From contig CAVYSY010000033.1 in NCBI GenBank assembly GCA_963771175.1, forward strand, positions 64,001 to 128,000: DNA of 64,000 nucleotides, given 5' to 3'. The stretch's first letter is position 1, and the number at the start of each line of letters is the position of its first letter. The position numbers and the translations under genes are program-made. The notes under the pieces are model-generated. The model was not told the DNA's origin and did no database searches. It saw nothing but the letters and a program-made list of their open reading frames with translations. Positions 10,583 through 21,144 of the stretch are shown here, one piece after another. This DNA comes from an uncultured delta proteobacterium (lineage in GTDB: Bacteria > Myxococcota > Myxococcia > Myxococcales > Myxococcaceae).

Positions 10583-13024
10583 CTACCGGCGGCTCTTCTG
10601 GCGGCAGTCCAGCTTGAAGACGACCGGGTCCGACGGTTTCTTGGGAACCTCGAATTCCTTGAAACCCTTGGGGGCGCGAGAGCCGGGGCAGCGATAGTTG
10701 ACCCGGATCGTCCCGGGTTGCAGGGACAAGGTGCCATTGGGCTTCACGGTGCGGCCTCCCACCTTCAGCGAGGTCTTGGCCGGCGCTTTGAACAGCACGG
10801 AGACCTTCGCCGGAGGTGTAGGGTCAGGTGGGGGCGTTACCGATGCCGGCTCGGGGTCCTTGCCCGTCTGCCCGGCAACCGATCCGGAGGCCACCACCGA
10901 GGCGTCCAGAGTTCCGCCGTCCTGCCCGGTCTCTGCAATTCCGCCGTCCTGTCCGGTCTCTCCCACGAGCCCAGGGGTGCCGGCCATCGCGGTCTCCGTC
11001 CCCGAATCGGCGGAGGGAGCCTCGCTGCCCGCGTCCGACGCCGCGGCCGTGGGCGCGACCCCGGTGGAGTCCGTGGGATCGGCGCCAACCGGGTCCCCTG
11101 CCACGGGTTCAACGGGCGACTCCTGTCCAGGCGGAGCCGCGTCCAGCGGGGCCTCCGGGGAAGCGGGCCGCGAAGGCATCAGCATGGGCTCGAGCACGAA
11201 CAGCCACGCGGCCCCCGCGGCGGCCACGAGGAGCAGCGTCACGAGGGCGACCACCACCAGACTTGGGCGGCGCGACCGGGCGGGAGGGGGCGAGTCCGTC
11301 TCGGTATAGGTGTTCCCGTAGCCGGCGGTGGACTCGTCGTCATCCGCGTCGTGCATGGCGGAGGTCGGGTCCGGCTCCAACAGGTCCGACACCTCCGAGT
11401 GGGTATCGACATGGGAGTCCTCGTCGCTGACGGAGTCCTCTCCGATGTCGGAGTCCTCGTCCCGGAACGCGGGCGCGGCGCGCATGGGCGGCCGGTTGTT
11501 CACCGTGGCGGGAGTGAGGGAGACGGACTGGGAGGCCTCCTCGTCCTCGCCCACGTCCACCGGGGGAGCCCGGCGCCGGTCCAGCGCGGCCATGGAGGAA
11601 GTGGAGACCGGCTTGCGGGTGGGCATGGGCCGCGGCGGTGTCCCGGCGGGAGCGCGCGCGACCCGCTCCTGCACGGTGGACTCGCCGGTGGCGGTACGAG
11701 GGGCCGCACGCCCCGGCGCGCCCGGCAGGCCAATCCCCGAGGGGCGTCCGGGCAGGGTGCGGATGGCGGTGGGCTCATCCCCCTCCTCGTCACCCATGCT
11801 CACCGGAGGGGCTGCGCGGGCGAGCATGTCGCGAGGGCGGGCCATCTCCGTGGCCATCTCCGCGTCCTCGGAATCGCCGGCCAGGGGCAGGTTCTCGGCG
11901 CTGGAGCGGCGCGAGGGCCGAGAGGAGAGGCCCGCGGACGGAGGCGCGGGCGCGGCGGGTTGCGGAGTGGGAGGAGCGGCCCCCTTGCGCGTGGCGGGGA
12001 TGGGGACGTGGAGCATGGTGCGCTCCTCCTCCTCGCCCATCAGCCGCGCGATGTACTCGGACACGTCGTCGCTCTGCCGCATCGCGCCCGAGGCCAGCAG
12101 GGCCTCCAGGTCCGCCTGCACCGCCGAGGCCCGCTGGTAGCGCTGGTTGCGGTCCTTGGCCAGGCACTTCATCACGATGCGCGACAGCTCCTGCGGGTAG
12201 TCGTCGCGGATGAGGTGGGGCGGCGAGGGCGTCTCGAAACGGATGGCGTAGAGGATGGCCTCTGTCGTCGGCCGGGCGAAGGGAGAGCGCCCGGTGGTGA
12301 CCTCATAGAGCATGGTCCCCAGCGCGAAGATGTCGGCGCGGTGGTCCAACCGCTCCTGCATCACCGCCTCGGGCGACAGGTAGAGGAACTTGCCCTTGAT
12401 GATGCCCGGCTTGCTGCGCTCGGCGAGGGCCTCGGCCTTGGCGATGCCGAAGTCCACGAGCTTCACCGCACCGTTGTAGGCCACCATCACGTTCTGGGGG
12501 CTGACGTCGCGGTGGATGAGCCCCAGGGGGCGACCATCCACGCCCTTGGAGTTGTGGGCATAGTCGAGGCCCGCGGCCACCTGGGCGCAGATGCGCGAGG
12601 CGACGGCGTAGGGCACCGCGGCGCTGAACCTGGCCTCCTCCGCGAGGATGCGCCGCAGGTCCACACCCTCGACGTACTCCATCGTGATGAAGATGGCCTC
12701 GTCGATGCTCCCCAGCTCGAATACCTGGACGACGTTCGGGTGGTGGAGCTGCGCGGCGATGCGGGCCTCATCCAGGAACATCTGGACGAACTCGGGCTCC
12801 TCCGAGAGATACGGGAGGATGCGCTTGATGACCACGAGGTCCGGCCGGGGAGGCTCCTGCGCGAGGAAGAGCTCCGCCATGCCCCCCACCGCGAGCCGCT
12901 TGATGAGGAGGTACTTGCCGAAGGGGGTGGCAACCTGGGGAGTGTTCTCGGAAATGGGAGCCCCCTGGAGGCGATCGCAGAGAAGATTCGAGCTGCTTTT
13001 CCCGAGCCTACCCGCAATCACCAC
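10583..13024 (-). CDS. Membrane-anchored Ser/Thr protein kinase (start uncertain)
   Basis: LAVGGMAELF, VIKRI, HRDVSPQN, DFGIAK, GKFLYLSPE; low-complexity linker; one TM helix; C-terminal PEGA-like segment. Confidence 0.92.
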   Translation of the reverse strand: MVIAGRLGKSSSNLLCDRLQGAPISENTPQVATPFGKYLLIKRLAVGGMAELFLAQEPPRPDLVVIKRILPYLSEEPEFVQMFLDEARIAAQLHHPNVVQVFELGSIDEAIFITMEYVEGVDLRRILAEEARFSAAVPYAVASRICAQVAAGLDYAHNSKGVDGRPLGLIHRDVSPQNVMVAYNGAVKLVDFGIAKAEALAERSKPGIIKGKFLYLSPEAVMQERLDHRADIFALGTMLYEVTTGRSPFARPTTEAILYAIRFETPSPPHLIRDDYPQELSRIVMKCLAKDRNQRYQRASAVQADLEALLASGAMRQSDDVSEYIARLMGEEEERTMLHVPIPATRKGAAPPTPQPAAPAPPSAGLSSRPSRRSSAENLPLAGDSEDAEMATEMARPRDMLARAAPPVSMGDEEGDEPTAIRTLPGRPSGIGLPGAPGRAAPRTATGESTVQERVARAPAGTPPRPMPTRKPVSTSSMAALDRRRAPPVDVGEDEEASQSVSLTPATVNNRPPMRAAPAFRDEDSDIGEDSVSDEDSHVDTHSEVSDLLEPDPTSAMHDADDDESTAGYGNTYTETDSPPPARSRRPSLVVVALVTLLLVAAAGAAWLFVLEPMLMPSRPASPEAPLDAAPPGQESPVEPVAGDPVGADPTDSTGVAPTAAASDAGSEAPSADSGTETAMAGTPGLVGETGQDGGIAETGQDGGTLDASVVASGSVAGQTGKDPEPASVTPPPDPTPPAKVSVLFKAPAKTSLKVGGRTVKPNGTLSLQPGTIRVNYRCPGSRAPKGFKEFEVPKKPSDPVVFKLDCRQKSRR

Positions 13025-13208
13025 CTGGATGGTGGGGCGGAAAGAGGCGCGGATGCTTGACTGAACGCTTGCCCGCCACCGGCGGACGCTCCGGGAGAGG
13101 AACCCTCACCTCGGGAGACAAAACGCCGCCCCTCCCCGGAGGAAAGAGCGGCGGATGCAAGGCGGGCCGGGCGAAGGTGCACGACCCGCGGATGCAGGGG
13201 GCGTCCGG

Positions 13209-14303
13209 CTACCCGCCCGTGCCCGCGTCCCACTCACCCGCGAGGTCCACCGCGCAGTTCTGCGGGTAGATGACGTGGGTGAACGTATTGAAGCCGCCGT
13301 CCGGCCGCTCGGTACCGGGGACCCAGCCGCCGTTGTTGAAGCAACCGAGGACGTCATCGCTACCGCCATCCGCGCACGGAGCGAAGGAGTAGGTGTCCCA
13401 CACGCCACGAATGCCGTTGGGGAAGACCACGGTGCCACCATCGTTGCGCACGAGGGCCTGCCAGTCACAACGCTCCGGGCCGCCATCCGTGGGAGAGGTG
13501 CCCTCGGTGTTCTTGGTGCCCACCAGGATGCCGCCGGTCACCTCGAAGCCGTAGAACTTGGGGTCGCCCGCGTCAGCGGAGATACGATGGAAGGCAGTCG
13601 GCGTGGGGTCAGTAAGAACGAGCGGTCCAGGCACGTACACGCGTGAACCGGCCAGCTCCGGGTTGGGGCGCCCAAAACCCCCATCGGCATTACCAAAGCC
13701 CTCTGGGGCGGTGTTGTCCGCGGGCACGGTGCTGGCGTCGGACACGACGGAGATCTGCAGAAGCCCCGACGCCTTGTTGAAGGCGTACTGGTTGCCAATC
13801 TGCGTCCGATAGGCCGTGAACTGGTCGAACTTGGAGTTGCTCTGGATCCACCCCGTGATGTCCAGGCGCTGCCCCACCTTGGGCCTGAAGTTCACCGGAA
13901 GGTCCGTCCGGAACTTGTCCACGAAGATGCCACGGCTGGGGCTGGAGGAATCGGCCACCCAGAACTCGGCGTAGACCTGATTCAGGCTGGGATCCTTCTT
14001 GTAGTCATTCACGTTGTGGATGGCGGTGACCACCACGCCCTCGAGCTTGACCCAGGTGCCGTACTTGGCCTTGCGGGCCTGCTCGATGGTCATCACCGCG
14101 GGGCCGGTCTGGGTGCCAGCATCGGTCTGCGTCCCAGCATCCGTCTGCGTGCCGCCGTCCTCGCTGCTGCACACGCCAGTACAGCCCGGCTGATCGCCCG
14201 CGTCGTTGTTGCCCTGCCCCTCACGGCCACCGCAGCCGGTGGACAGCGCCGCCGCCGCGGCCACCAGGGCCACCGCTCCAAGAGTCTTGCGCAGAGAAAT
14301 CAC
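13209..14303 (-). CDS. Lipoprotein with OB-fold-like domain and TQTDAG linker repeats
   Basis: Lipobox LSTGC; VKLEGVVVTA and PKVGQRLDITG; 18-bp repeats at about 14107-14153. Confidence 0.7.
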   Translation of the reverse strand: MISLRKTLGAVALVAAAAALSTGCGGREGQGNNDAGDQPGCTGVCSSEDGGTQTDAGTQTDAGTQTGPAVMTIEQARKAKYGTWVKLEGVVVTAIHNVNDYKKDPSLNQVYAEFWVADSSSPSRGIFVDKFRTDLPVNFRPKVGQRLDITGWIQSNSKFDQFTAYRTQIGNQYAFNKASGLLQISVVSDASTVPADNTAPEGFGNADGGFGRPNPELAGSRVYVPGPLVLTDPTPTAFHRISADAGDPKFYGFEVTGGILVGTKNTEGTSPTDGGPERCDWQALVRNDGGTVVFPNGIRGVWDTYSFAPCADGGSDDVLGCFNNGGWVPGTERPDGGFNTFTHVIYPQNCAVDLAGEWDAGTGG

Positions 14304-14447
14304 CTTGCGTCTCCTAATGTGGATTTTCTGGCGCCGTACTCCTAGAAGTCCCGCGCCTTCGACCTTGTATGTAGGGCCTTATACCGGTGGGTCACGGGGG
14401 CCGGCAAGGAAGGGCCTCGATCCTCCGTGATACATCGGTGAAATCTG

Positions 14448-15271
14448 ATGCCCCTGCCCAAGCACCCCTTCTTCCGCGGCCTGTCCCCCACCCTGCACAT
14501 CTCCCACCGGGGGGGCTCGCTGCTCGCGCCGGAGAACACCCTGGCCGCCTTCCGCATGGCGGTGGAGCGCTACCGCACCCAGGTGCTGGAGACGGACGTC
14601 CACCTCACCCGCGACGGCGAGCTGGTGGTGGCCCACGACGCCACCCTGGAGCGCTGCACCGACGGCGTGGGTGCCGTCGCGGACCACACGCTCGCCGAGT
14701 TGCAGCGCCTGGACGCCGGCCACTCGCTTCACCCGCGACGGGGGCCGCACCTTCCCCTTCCGGGGCCAGGGCGTGCGCATGCCCTCCCTGCGCGAGGTGC
14801 TGCGCGCCTTCCCCGGGATGCGCTTCAACATCGAGGTGAAGCCGGACGTGCCGGGCATCGAGGACGCCTTCTTCCAGGTGCTGCGCGAGGAGGGCGCGCT
14901 GGAGCGCGTCGTGCGTGGGCAGCGAGCTGGACGAGGTGGGCGAGCGACTGGCGCGGGCCATGCCGGACGCCTGCCACTTCTACCCGCGCGACGCGCTGGC
15001 CTCCTTCGTGCTCACCGTGCGAGCGGGCGAGCAGCCGCCGGACGACCCGCGCTACACCGTCCTGGACATGCCCCTCTACTTCGGCGACGTGCGGCTGGTG
15101 GACGAGGCCCTCCTGCGCGCGGCGGAGGCCCTCGGCAGGTGGATCAACGTGTGGACGGTGGACGAGCCCGAGGAGATGCGCCGGCTCGTCGCCGAGGGGG
15201 TGGGTGGCATCATGACCGACAGGCCGGACCTGCTGCGCCAGGTCTTGGACGACCGCCAAAAGCCGGGCTAA
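14448..15271 (+). CDS. Glycerophosphodiester phosphodiesterase; two frameshifts near 14725 and 14915
   Basis: ISHRGG..APENTLAAF, ETDVHLTRDGELVVAHD; then FNIEVK; then NVWTVD..GIMTDRPD across three frames. Confidence 0.88.
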
Positions 15272-15284
15272 GCCCTTGCTCCGC

Positions 15285-16064
15285 ATGCCCCGCACTCCTC
15301 CGCGCAAGCGCGCCCCGAAGGCCGCAGCCGCCCCCGTCGCCGCCCAGCCCCTCGCCGCGCCCGAGCCGGTCCTGGCGTCCCCGCCCCCCCAGCCGCCCGA
15401 GGCCCCCGCCCGCAACACCGTGCGCCGCGTCCGCGCCCCTCGCGCCAAGCGCTTCGTCGCGCTCGCCGGCAACATCGGCGCGGGCAAGACGACGGCCGCG
15501 AAGATCATCAGCCAGTCCTTCGGCTTCGAGCTCTTCGACGAGCCCGTCATCGATAACCGCTTCCTCAAGGACTACTACGCCAACATGGGGCGGTGGTCCT
15601 TCACCCTCCAGCTCGAGTTCCTCATCCGGCGCGTCGAGCACCACGAGCTCATCCACTCGGTGAAGAAGAGCTGCGTGCAGGACCGCACGCTCTACGAGGA
15701 CCCGGAGATCTTCGCCAAGTACCTGCACGGGCTCGGGCACATGACGAACGCGGAGCTGGACCTGTACTTCGAGTACTTCCAGCGCCTGACGCGCAGCATC
15801 GTGCACCCGGATCGGGTCATCTGCTTCGACGTGCCCACCGTGGACGTGCTCCTGGGCCGCATCCGCCAGCGCGGCCGCGAGGAGGAGAAGGGCATCGAAA
15901 AGGGGTTCCTGCGCGGCCTCAACGGCTACTACGCCTCGTTCCCCCAGGTGCTGCAGAACAAGTACGGCGTGCAGTGCCTGGTGCTCGACGTGACCAACCA
16001 GGACATCCGCACCGGCCGGGGACGAGAGGAGTTCCTCGACCGGGTCTCCACCTTCCTCGCCTGA
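15285..16064 (+). CDS. Deoxynucleoside kinase family protein
   Basis: P-loop GNIGAGKTT, QDRTLYED, RIRQRGREEE lid. Confidence 0.92.
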   Translation: MPRTPPRKRAPKAAAAPVAAQPLAAPEPVLASPPPQPPEAPARNTVRRVRAPRAKRFVALAGNIGAGKTTAAKIISQSFGFELFDEPVIDNRFLKDYYANMGRWSFTLQLEFLIRRVEHHELIHSVKKSCVQDRTLYEDPEIFAKYLHGLGHMTNAELDLYFEYFQRLTRSIVHPDRVICFDVPTVDVLLGRIRQRGREEEKGIEKGFLRGLNGYYASFPQVLQNKYGVQCLVLDVTNQDIRTGRGREEFLDRVSTFLA

Positions 16065-16072
16065 GGTTTCCC

Positions 16073-16594
16073 ATGTCCGAGCTCACCCCCAAGAGCCCTC
16101 GCGAGTCCGAAGTGGTGATGACGCAGATGATCCTCCCCTCGGACGCCAACGCGGTGAACACGGCGTTCGGCGGCAAGGTGATGGAGTGGATCGACATCTG
16201 CGCCGCCGTGGCCGCCCAGCGTCACTGCCGGCAGGTCGTGGTCACCGCCTCCATGGACGATCTGCACTTCCACGCCCCCATCAAGGTGGGGTGGACCGTG
16301 ACGCTGCACTCGCGCGTCATCGCCGCCTTCCGCACGTCGCTGGAGGTGGGGGTGACGGTGATGGCGGAGAACCCGCTCACCGGCGAGCGGCACATGGCCA
16401 CGAGCGCCCTGCTCACCTTCGTGGCGCTCACGGCGGACGGAAAGCGGATTCCGGTCCCCCCGCTGAAGCTCGAGACGGAGCAGGAGCGCGAGGCCTTCCG
16501 CGAGGCCGAGCATCGGCGTCAGGAGCGGCTCTCGCGCAAGCAGACGAGCCTCACCTGGCAGCGCCTCATCGTGCCCAGCGTGGCGGGGTCCTGA
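16073..16594 (+). CDS. Acyl-CoA thioesterase (hotdog fold)
   Basis: ILPSDAN..FGGKVMEWID, VVTASMDDLHFHAPI, RTSLEVGV. Confidence 0.92.
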   Translation: MSELTPKSPRESEVVMTQMILPSDANAVNTAFGGKVMEWIDICAAVAAQRHCRQVVVTASMDDLHFHAPIKVGWTVTLHSRVIAAFRTSLEVGVTVMAENPLTGERHMATSALLTFVALTADGKRIPVPPLKLETEQEREAFREAEHRRQERLSRKQTSLTWQRLIVPSVAGS

Positions 16595-16601
16595 AAACGA
16601 A

Positions 16602-16667
16602 GGGGTGAGGGGCGCTCGGTGGAGCGGCTTCCCCCACCCCGGCGTCACGGAGTGAAGCCCCGTGACG
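16602..16667. terminator. Two GC-rich hairpins between convergent genes; probable terminator
   Basis: GGGGTGAGGGG..CCCCCACCCC (16602-16640) and CGTCACGG..CCGTGACG (16643-16667). Confidence 0.5.
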
Positions 16668-16673
16668 TTCACA

Positions 16674-17057
16674 TCAGGTCGAGAACGAGGTCCCGCAGCC
16701 GCAGGAGGACTTCGCGTTCGGGTTGTTGAACTTGAAGCCCGCGCCCGTGACGCTCGAGACGAAGTCGATCTCCGTGCCCGACAGGTACTTGTTGCTCAGG
16801 GCATCGGTCGCGATCTTCACGCCGTCCTGCTCCCAGGTGAGGTCGCCCGCCTTGGTCTCGCGCACCAGGTTCAGGTCGTAGCCCAGGCCGCTGCAGCCGG
16901 CCGGCACCACGCGGATGCTGAAGAAGTAGTCCTGGAAGCCCTGGTCCTGGATGACCTTCTTCACCTGGGCCACGGCGGCCTCGGTGAGCCGCACCGGGCT
17001 GGTCGGCGTGCCCTGGGGAGCGGGGGTGGTCTGAGCGGGGGTGGTGGTCGTATCCAT
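16674..17057 (-). CDS. HesB/IscA family A-type Fe-S carrier
   Basis: LTEAAV, AGCSGLGY, GTEIDF, FKFNNPNAKSSCGCGTSF. Confidence 0.95.
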   Translation of the reverse strand: MDTTTTPAQTTPAPQGTPTSPVRLTEAAVAQVKKVIQDQGFQDYFFSIRVVPAGCSGLGYDLNLVRETKAGDLTWEQDGVKIATDALSNKYLSGTEIDFVSSVTGAGFKFNNPNAKSSCGCGTSFST

Positions 17058-17199
17058 GTAGGTCGGTCTCCTTACTGGCGCCTTATAACGCCCGGCGCCG
17101 AAATTGCCATCCAGGCTAGCGGGCGCACAGGCCTCCAAGCGGGCATCTGTCTCCTCCGAAAGGGAAATCCCGCCGGGCACGGGTTATACGTGAGCCCCC

Positions 17200-18363
17200 A
17201 TGGCCGCCTCCTTTCGTGAGCTGCTGTCCGATGCGAAGAAGGAGATCCGCGAGGTCTCCGTCGAGGACGTGAAGCGTCTGCTGGACGCGCGCGCCTCCGT
17301 GAAGCTCATCGACGTGCGTGAAGGCGACGAGTACGCGGGCGGTCGCCTGCCGGGCGCGCTCCACATCCCCCGGGGCTTCCTCGAGCTGCGCATCGAGGAC
17401 AAGGCCGGGCACGACGAGGAGCTCGTCCTCTACTGCGCCGGCGGCATCCGCTCGGCGCTGGCGGCCCGGACGCTCCAGTCCATGGGCTACACGCGCGTGG
17501 CCTCGCTGGCCGGCGGCTACAACCGCTGGAGCGACGCCGCACTACCCGGTGGAGAAGCCGGTGGTGCTCACCCCCGCGCAGAAGGAGCGCTACCGCCGCC
17601 ACCTCATCCTCCCCGAGGTGGGCGAGGAGGGGCAGGCGAAGCTGCTCACGGCCAGGGTGCTGCTGCTGGGCGCGGGCGGGCTGGGCTCGCCGGCCGCGCT
17701 CTACCTCGCCGCCGCGGGCGTGGGCACGCTCGGCATCGTCGACGCGGACGTGGTGGACCTGAGCAACCTCCAGCGCCAGGTCCTCCACACCCACGAGCGC
17801 GCCGGCCAGCCCAAGGTGGAGAGCGCCCGCGCCGCCATCGAGGCCCTCAACCCCGACGTGAAGGTGGTGCCCTTCGCCGAGCGCCTCACCTCCGACAACG
17901 TCCTGCGCATCCTCGAGGGCTTCGACCTGGTCCTCGACGGCGGGGACAACTTCCCCACCCGCTACCTGCTCAACGACGCGTGCGTGATGCTGGGCAAGCC
18001 CAACATCCACGGCTCCATCTTCCGCTTCGAGGGCCAGGTCACGACCTTCGTCCCGGGCCAGGGCCCCTGCTACCGCTGCCTCTACCCCGCCCCGCCGCCG
18101 CCCGAGCTCGCCCCCTCGTGCGCCGAGGCCGGCGTGCTCGGCGTGCTGCCCGGCATCATCGGCCTGCTTCCAGGCCAACGAGGCCCTCAAGCTGCTCCTC
18201 GGCGTGGGCCAGCCGCTCGTGGGGCGCCTGCTCACCTTCGACGCGCTCGGCACCCGCTTCCAGGAGCTCAAGCTGCGGAGGGATCCCAAGTGCCCCGTGT
18301 GCGCGCCCGGGCGCCCGGGTGGAGCTCATCGACTACGAGCAGTTCTGCTCCTCGCCCGCCTGA
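17200..18363 (+). CDS. moeB: Rhodanese-MoeB fusion (molybdopterin synthase adenylyltransferase); about three frameshifts near 17545, 18170 and 18315
   Basis: IDVRE..LYCAGGIRS rhodanese; RYRRHLILPEVGEEGQ, GAGGLGSP, SNLQRQ, PCYRCL, RDPKCPVC. Confidence 0.88.
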   Translation: MAASFRELLSDAKKEIREVSVEDVKRLLDARASVKLIDVREGDEYAGGRLPGALHIPRGFLELRIEDKAGHDEELVLYCAGGIRSALAARTLQSMGYTRVASLAGGYNRWSDAALPGGEAGGAHPRAEGALPPPPHPPRGGRGGAGEAAHGQGAAAGRGRAGLAGRALPRRRGRGHARHRRRGRGGPEQPPAPGPPHPRARRPAQGGERPRRHRGPQPRREGGALRRAPHLRQRPAHPRGLRPGPRRRGQLPHPLPAQRRVRDAGQAQHPRLHLPLRGPGHDLRPGPGPLLPLPLPRPAAARARPLVRRGRRARRAARHHRPASRPTRPSSCSSAWASRSWGACSPSTRSAPASRSSSCGGIPSAPCARPGARVELIDYEQFCSSPA

Positions 18364-18377
18364 CACCGGAGACGCCC

Positions 18378-18710
18378 GTGCCCATCCAGGAGATCGATCC
18401 CGCCACCCTCGCCGCCCAGCTCTCCGGCCCTCCCGAGTCGCGGCCCGCGCTGCTCGACGTGCGCTTCCACGACGAGCACGCGTACGTGGCGCTCCCGGGC
18501 TCGGTGCTCATCCCCCTGCCGGAGCTGGAGGAGCGCGCCGACGAGCTGGAGGCCTTCCGCGGCAAGCCCGTCGTCGTCTACTGCCACCACGGCGTGCGCA
18601 GCCTGCACGGCGCCGCCTACCTGCACTCGCGTGGCCTGGACGCCGTGTCCCTGCGCGGGGGAATCGATCTCTACTCCCGCGCGGTGGACCCGCGCCTGCC
18701 GCGCTACTGA
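18378..18710 (+). CDS. Single-domain rhodanese
   Basis: LLDVRFHDE, VVYCHHGVRS, LRGGID. Confidence 0.88.
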   Translation: MPIQEIDPATLAAQLSGPPESRPALLDVRFHDEHAYVALPGSVLIPLPELEERADELEAFRGKPVVVYCHHGVRSLHGAAYLHSRGLDAVSLRGGIDLYSRAVDPRLPRY

Positions 18711-18716
18711 CGCGCG

Positions 18717-21051
18717 CTACTGGAGGGCCTGCGCCAGATCCACCGTCTTCTCGGCGGTCCGGCTGTCGGCCTTCACCTCGATCTCCACCGGCACCGATTC
18801 CCGGAGCGACGGGGCGCGCAGCTCCAGATGGTGCGTCCCCTCCGCCAGCTCGTACCGCTGCCCGGACTGGAAGAGGAAGAGCTTCTGACCCTCGCGGTAG
18901 ATCTCGAGCCCGGGGATCTTCTTGTTGGGCTGCAGCGTCAGGCGGAAGAAGCCCATCTTGAACTCCTCCCGGATCGTCTTCGTCTCGTTGGGCTCACCGT
19001 AGTCCAGGGGGATCTCCTTGAGGATGCCCCGGTGCTTGTTCTCCAGGATGATGGTGTCCTGGATGTGCGCGCCCGACGCCTGCTTCAGGCTCGTGGTCGG
19101 CTCGGTGGCCATTTCCGTGATGGGCACGGCGGAACGGCACCGCTCGTGGTGCTTGACCGAGACCTGAACGGGCTCGTTGGACTCCAGGTTGATGAAGATG
19201 TCCTGCCCGTCGATGGCGGTGCTGTTGAGCGTGTCCAGGAGCGGCTGGCGGAAGACGACCGCCGCGCCCACCAGGGCCAACACCACGACCGCCCCGAGCA
19301 GGGTCTTCACCGAAGGCAGCGACCGAGCGCGAGCGACGGGCTCGGACTGGGAAGCGTTGGTGCTGTCCGAGTCCTCGTCGTCGTCCTCCACCTCCTCCAC
19401 CTTCTCGACGATGGAGGACCGCCGACGCGGCGCCTGGGGCATGCTCGTGTGGCTGCTGGTGCTCCGACGGACGGAATTGGACTGAGGAGACGGGGCCGTC
19501 CCCGTGCGCCGCCGCGGAGGCTCGGGCTCCGGGGGCGGCGGCAGCATGGTGCGCTCGGGATCCTCGTCGTCATCCTCGACCGGCCGGTTGCGCGGGTTGA
19601 GCGCCATCGCGGCGCGCGAGGGCCGAGGGGCGGGAACCTCCGCCTCCGGAGCGACTCCGGGCCGCGTCCCCGTGCGCCGCACGGCGGGGGCCTCGGTCCC
19701 CGTGCTCCGCCCCACGTCCACGCGGCTGGTGCTGGAAGGGCGCGCCACGGACGTGTTGCCCGCGTTGGTGCGGCGCGGAGCCTCGGTGCCCGTGCGGCGG
19801 CGGTTGGGCACCTCGGTGGCCTCGGGCGCCTCCCACTCCTGATCGTCCGAGACGTCGCCCATCGGCAGGGTGCCCGAATCCGCGCGCGGTTTGAGCGCCG
19901 AGCGCATGCCCGTCCGCGGCTTCTGCTGCTGCATCTCCCCCGGCGGCGCCTCCCAGTTCATCTCGGCGGCGGAGAGCTGCGTATTGGAGTTCCTGCGCGG
20001 CGACTCGTGGCGGGAGCTGGCTCGTGGCGGCGGAGGCGGCTCCTGGGGCGGAGGCGACGGCACCGCGGGCATGCCCGACACCGACTCGTCGCTCCGGGGC
20101 TCCGGGTTGCCGCTGCGCCGCTCCTCCTCCAGCCGGTCCGCGAAGAGCGTCTCCATCAGCTCGGAGATCTGCACCGAGCCGGCCACCCACCGCTGGCTGA
20201 CGAGCAGTTCCTCCAGCGCGAGCTGGAACTGGCGCGCGTCCCGGTAGCGGTCGTCCGCGGCCTTGGCCAGCGCCGGCATCACCACCGCATCCAGCTCCGG
20301 GGGCACGTCCGCCACCTGCGAGGGCGAGTCGATGCTGCACTCGAGCGCGGCCTGCAGCGTGCCCAGCTCCGTCGTCGCGCTTGAGCGGACGCACGCCGGT
20401 GAGCAGCTCGTAGAGCACCAGGCCGATGGCGAAGATGTCCGCGCGGTGATCCAACGCCTTGCCCGCGGCCTGCTCCGGCGCCATGTAGGCGAACTTGCCC
20501 TTGATGGCGCCCGACTTCGTCAGCGAGGCCTGATCCGCCGCCTTGGCGATGCCGAAGTCCACCAGCTTCACCGAGCCGTCGAAGCTGATGAGGATGTTCT
20601 GCGGCGAGATGTCGCGGTGCACCACCTTGCGCGGGCGGCCCGCGTCGTCCGTGCGCGTATGGGCGTAGTAGAGGCCCTCGCACGCCGCGGCCACGATGCG
20701 GATGGCCAACGGCCGGGCGATCCACCCCCCGGCGTTGTACGCCTTGCGCATCACCCGGCCGAGGTCCTCGCCATGGATGTACTCCATGGCGATGTAGTAG
20801 GTGCCGTTGGCCTCGCCGAACTCGTAGACCTGGGCGATGTTCGGGTGGTTGAAGCTCGCGGCGAGCAGCGCCTCGTGCCGGAACATCTCCACGAACTCCC
20901 GATCCTCGGAGAGGTGCGGGAGGATGCGCTTCACCACGATGTTCTTGGAGAACCCCTCAATGCCCGTCTGGCGCGCAAGCCACACCTCGGCCATGCCGCC
21001 GGTGGCGAGCTTCTTGACGAGCTGATATTTCCCAAAAGATTGAGGGTTCAT
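18717..21051 (-). CDS. Membrane Ser/Thr protein kinase; one frameshift near 20375
   Basis: [42 protein letters not shown]; continues in ORF 18717-20315 with a TM helix and C-terminal domain. Confidence 0.88.
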
Positions 21052-21144
21052 CCCGGGTGGCTCGCCGGGGGGAGCAAGCGCGAAGTGGAAAGCGTCAGAG
21101 CGGTGCATCCTAGGCCACCCGCCGGGGTGAGGCAAAGACGACTG

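Noticed and set aside
10082..13060. Very long antisense or alternate-frame ORFs (e.g. 10082-13060 +, 22411-25575 -, 31404-34118 -, 40320-42410 +)
   Set aside because: Shadows of real genes in high-GC DNA where stops are rare; Arg/Gly/Ala-rich with no motifs
14448..18363. Programmed ribosomal frameshifting or true pseudogenes in GDPD, moeB and others
   Set aside because: No consistent slippery sites; breaks are scattered over unrelated genes including rseP; sequencing error is simpler
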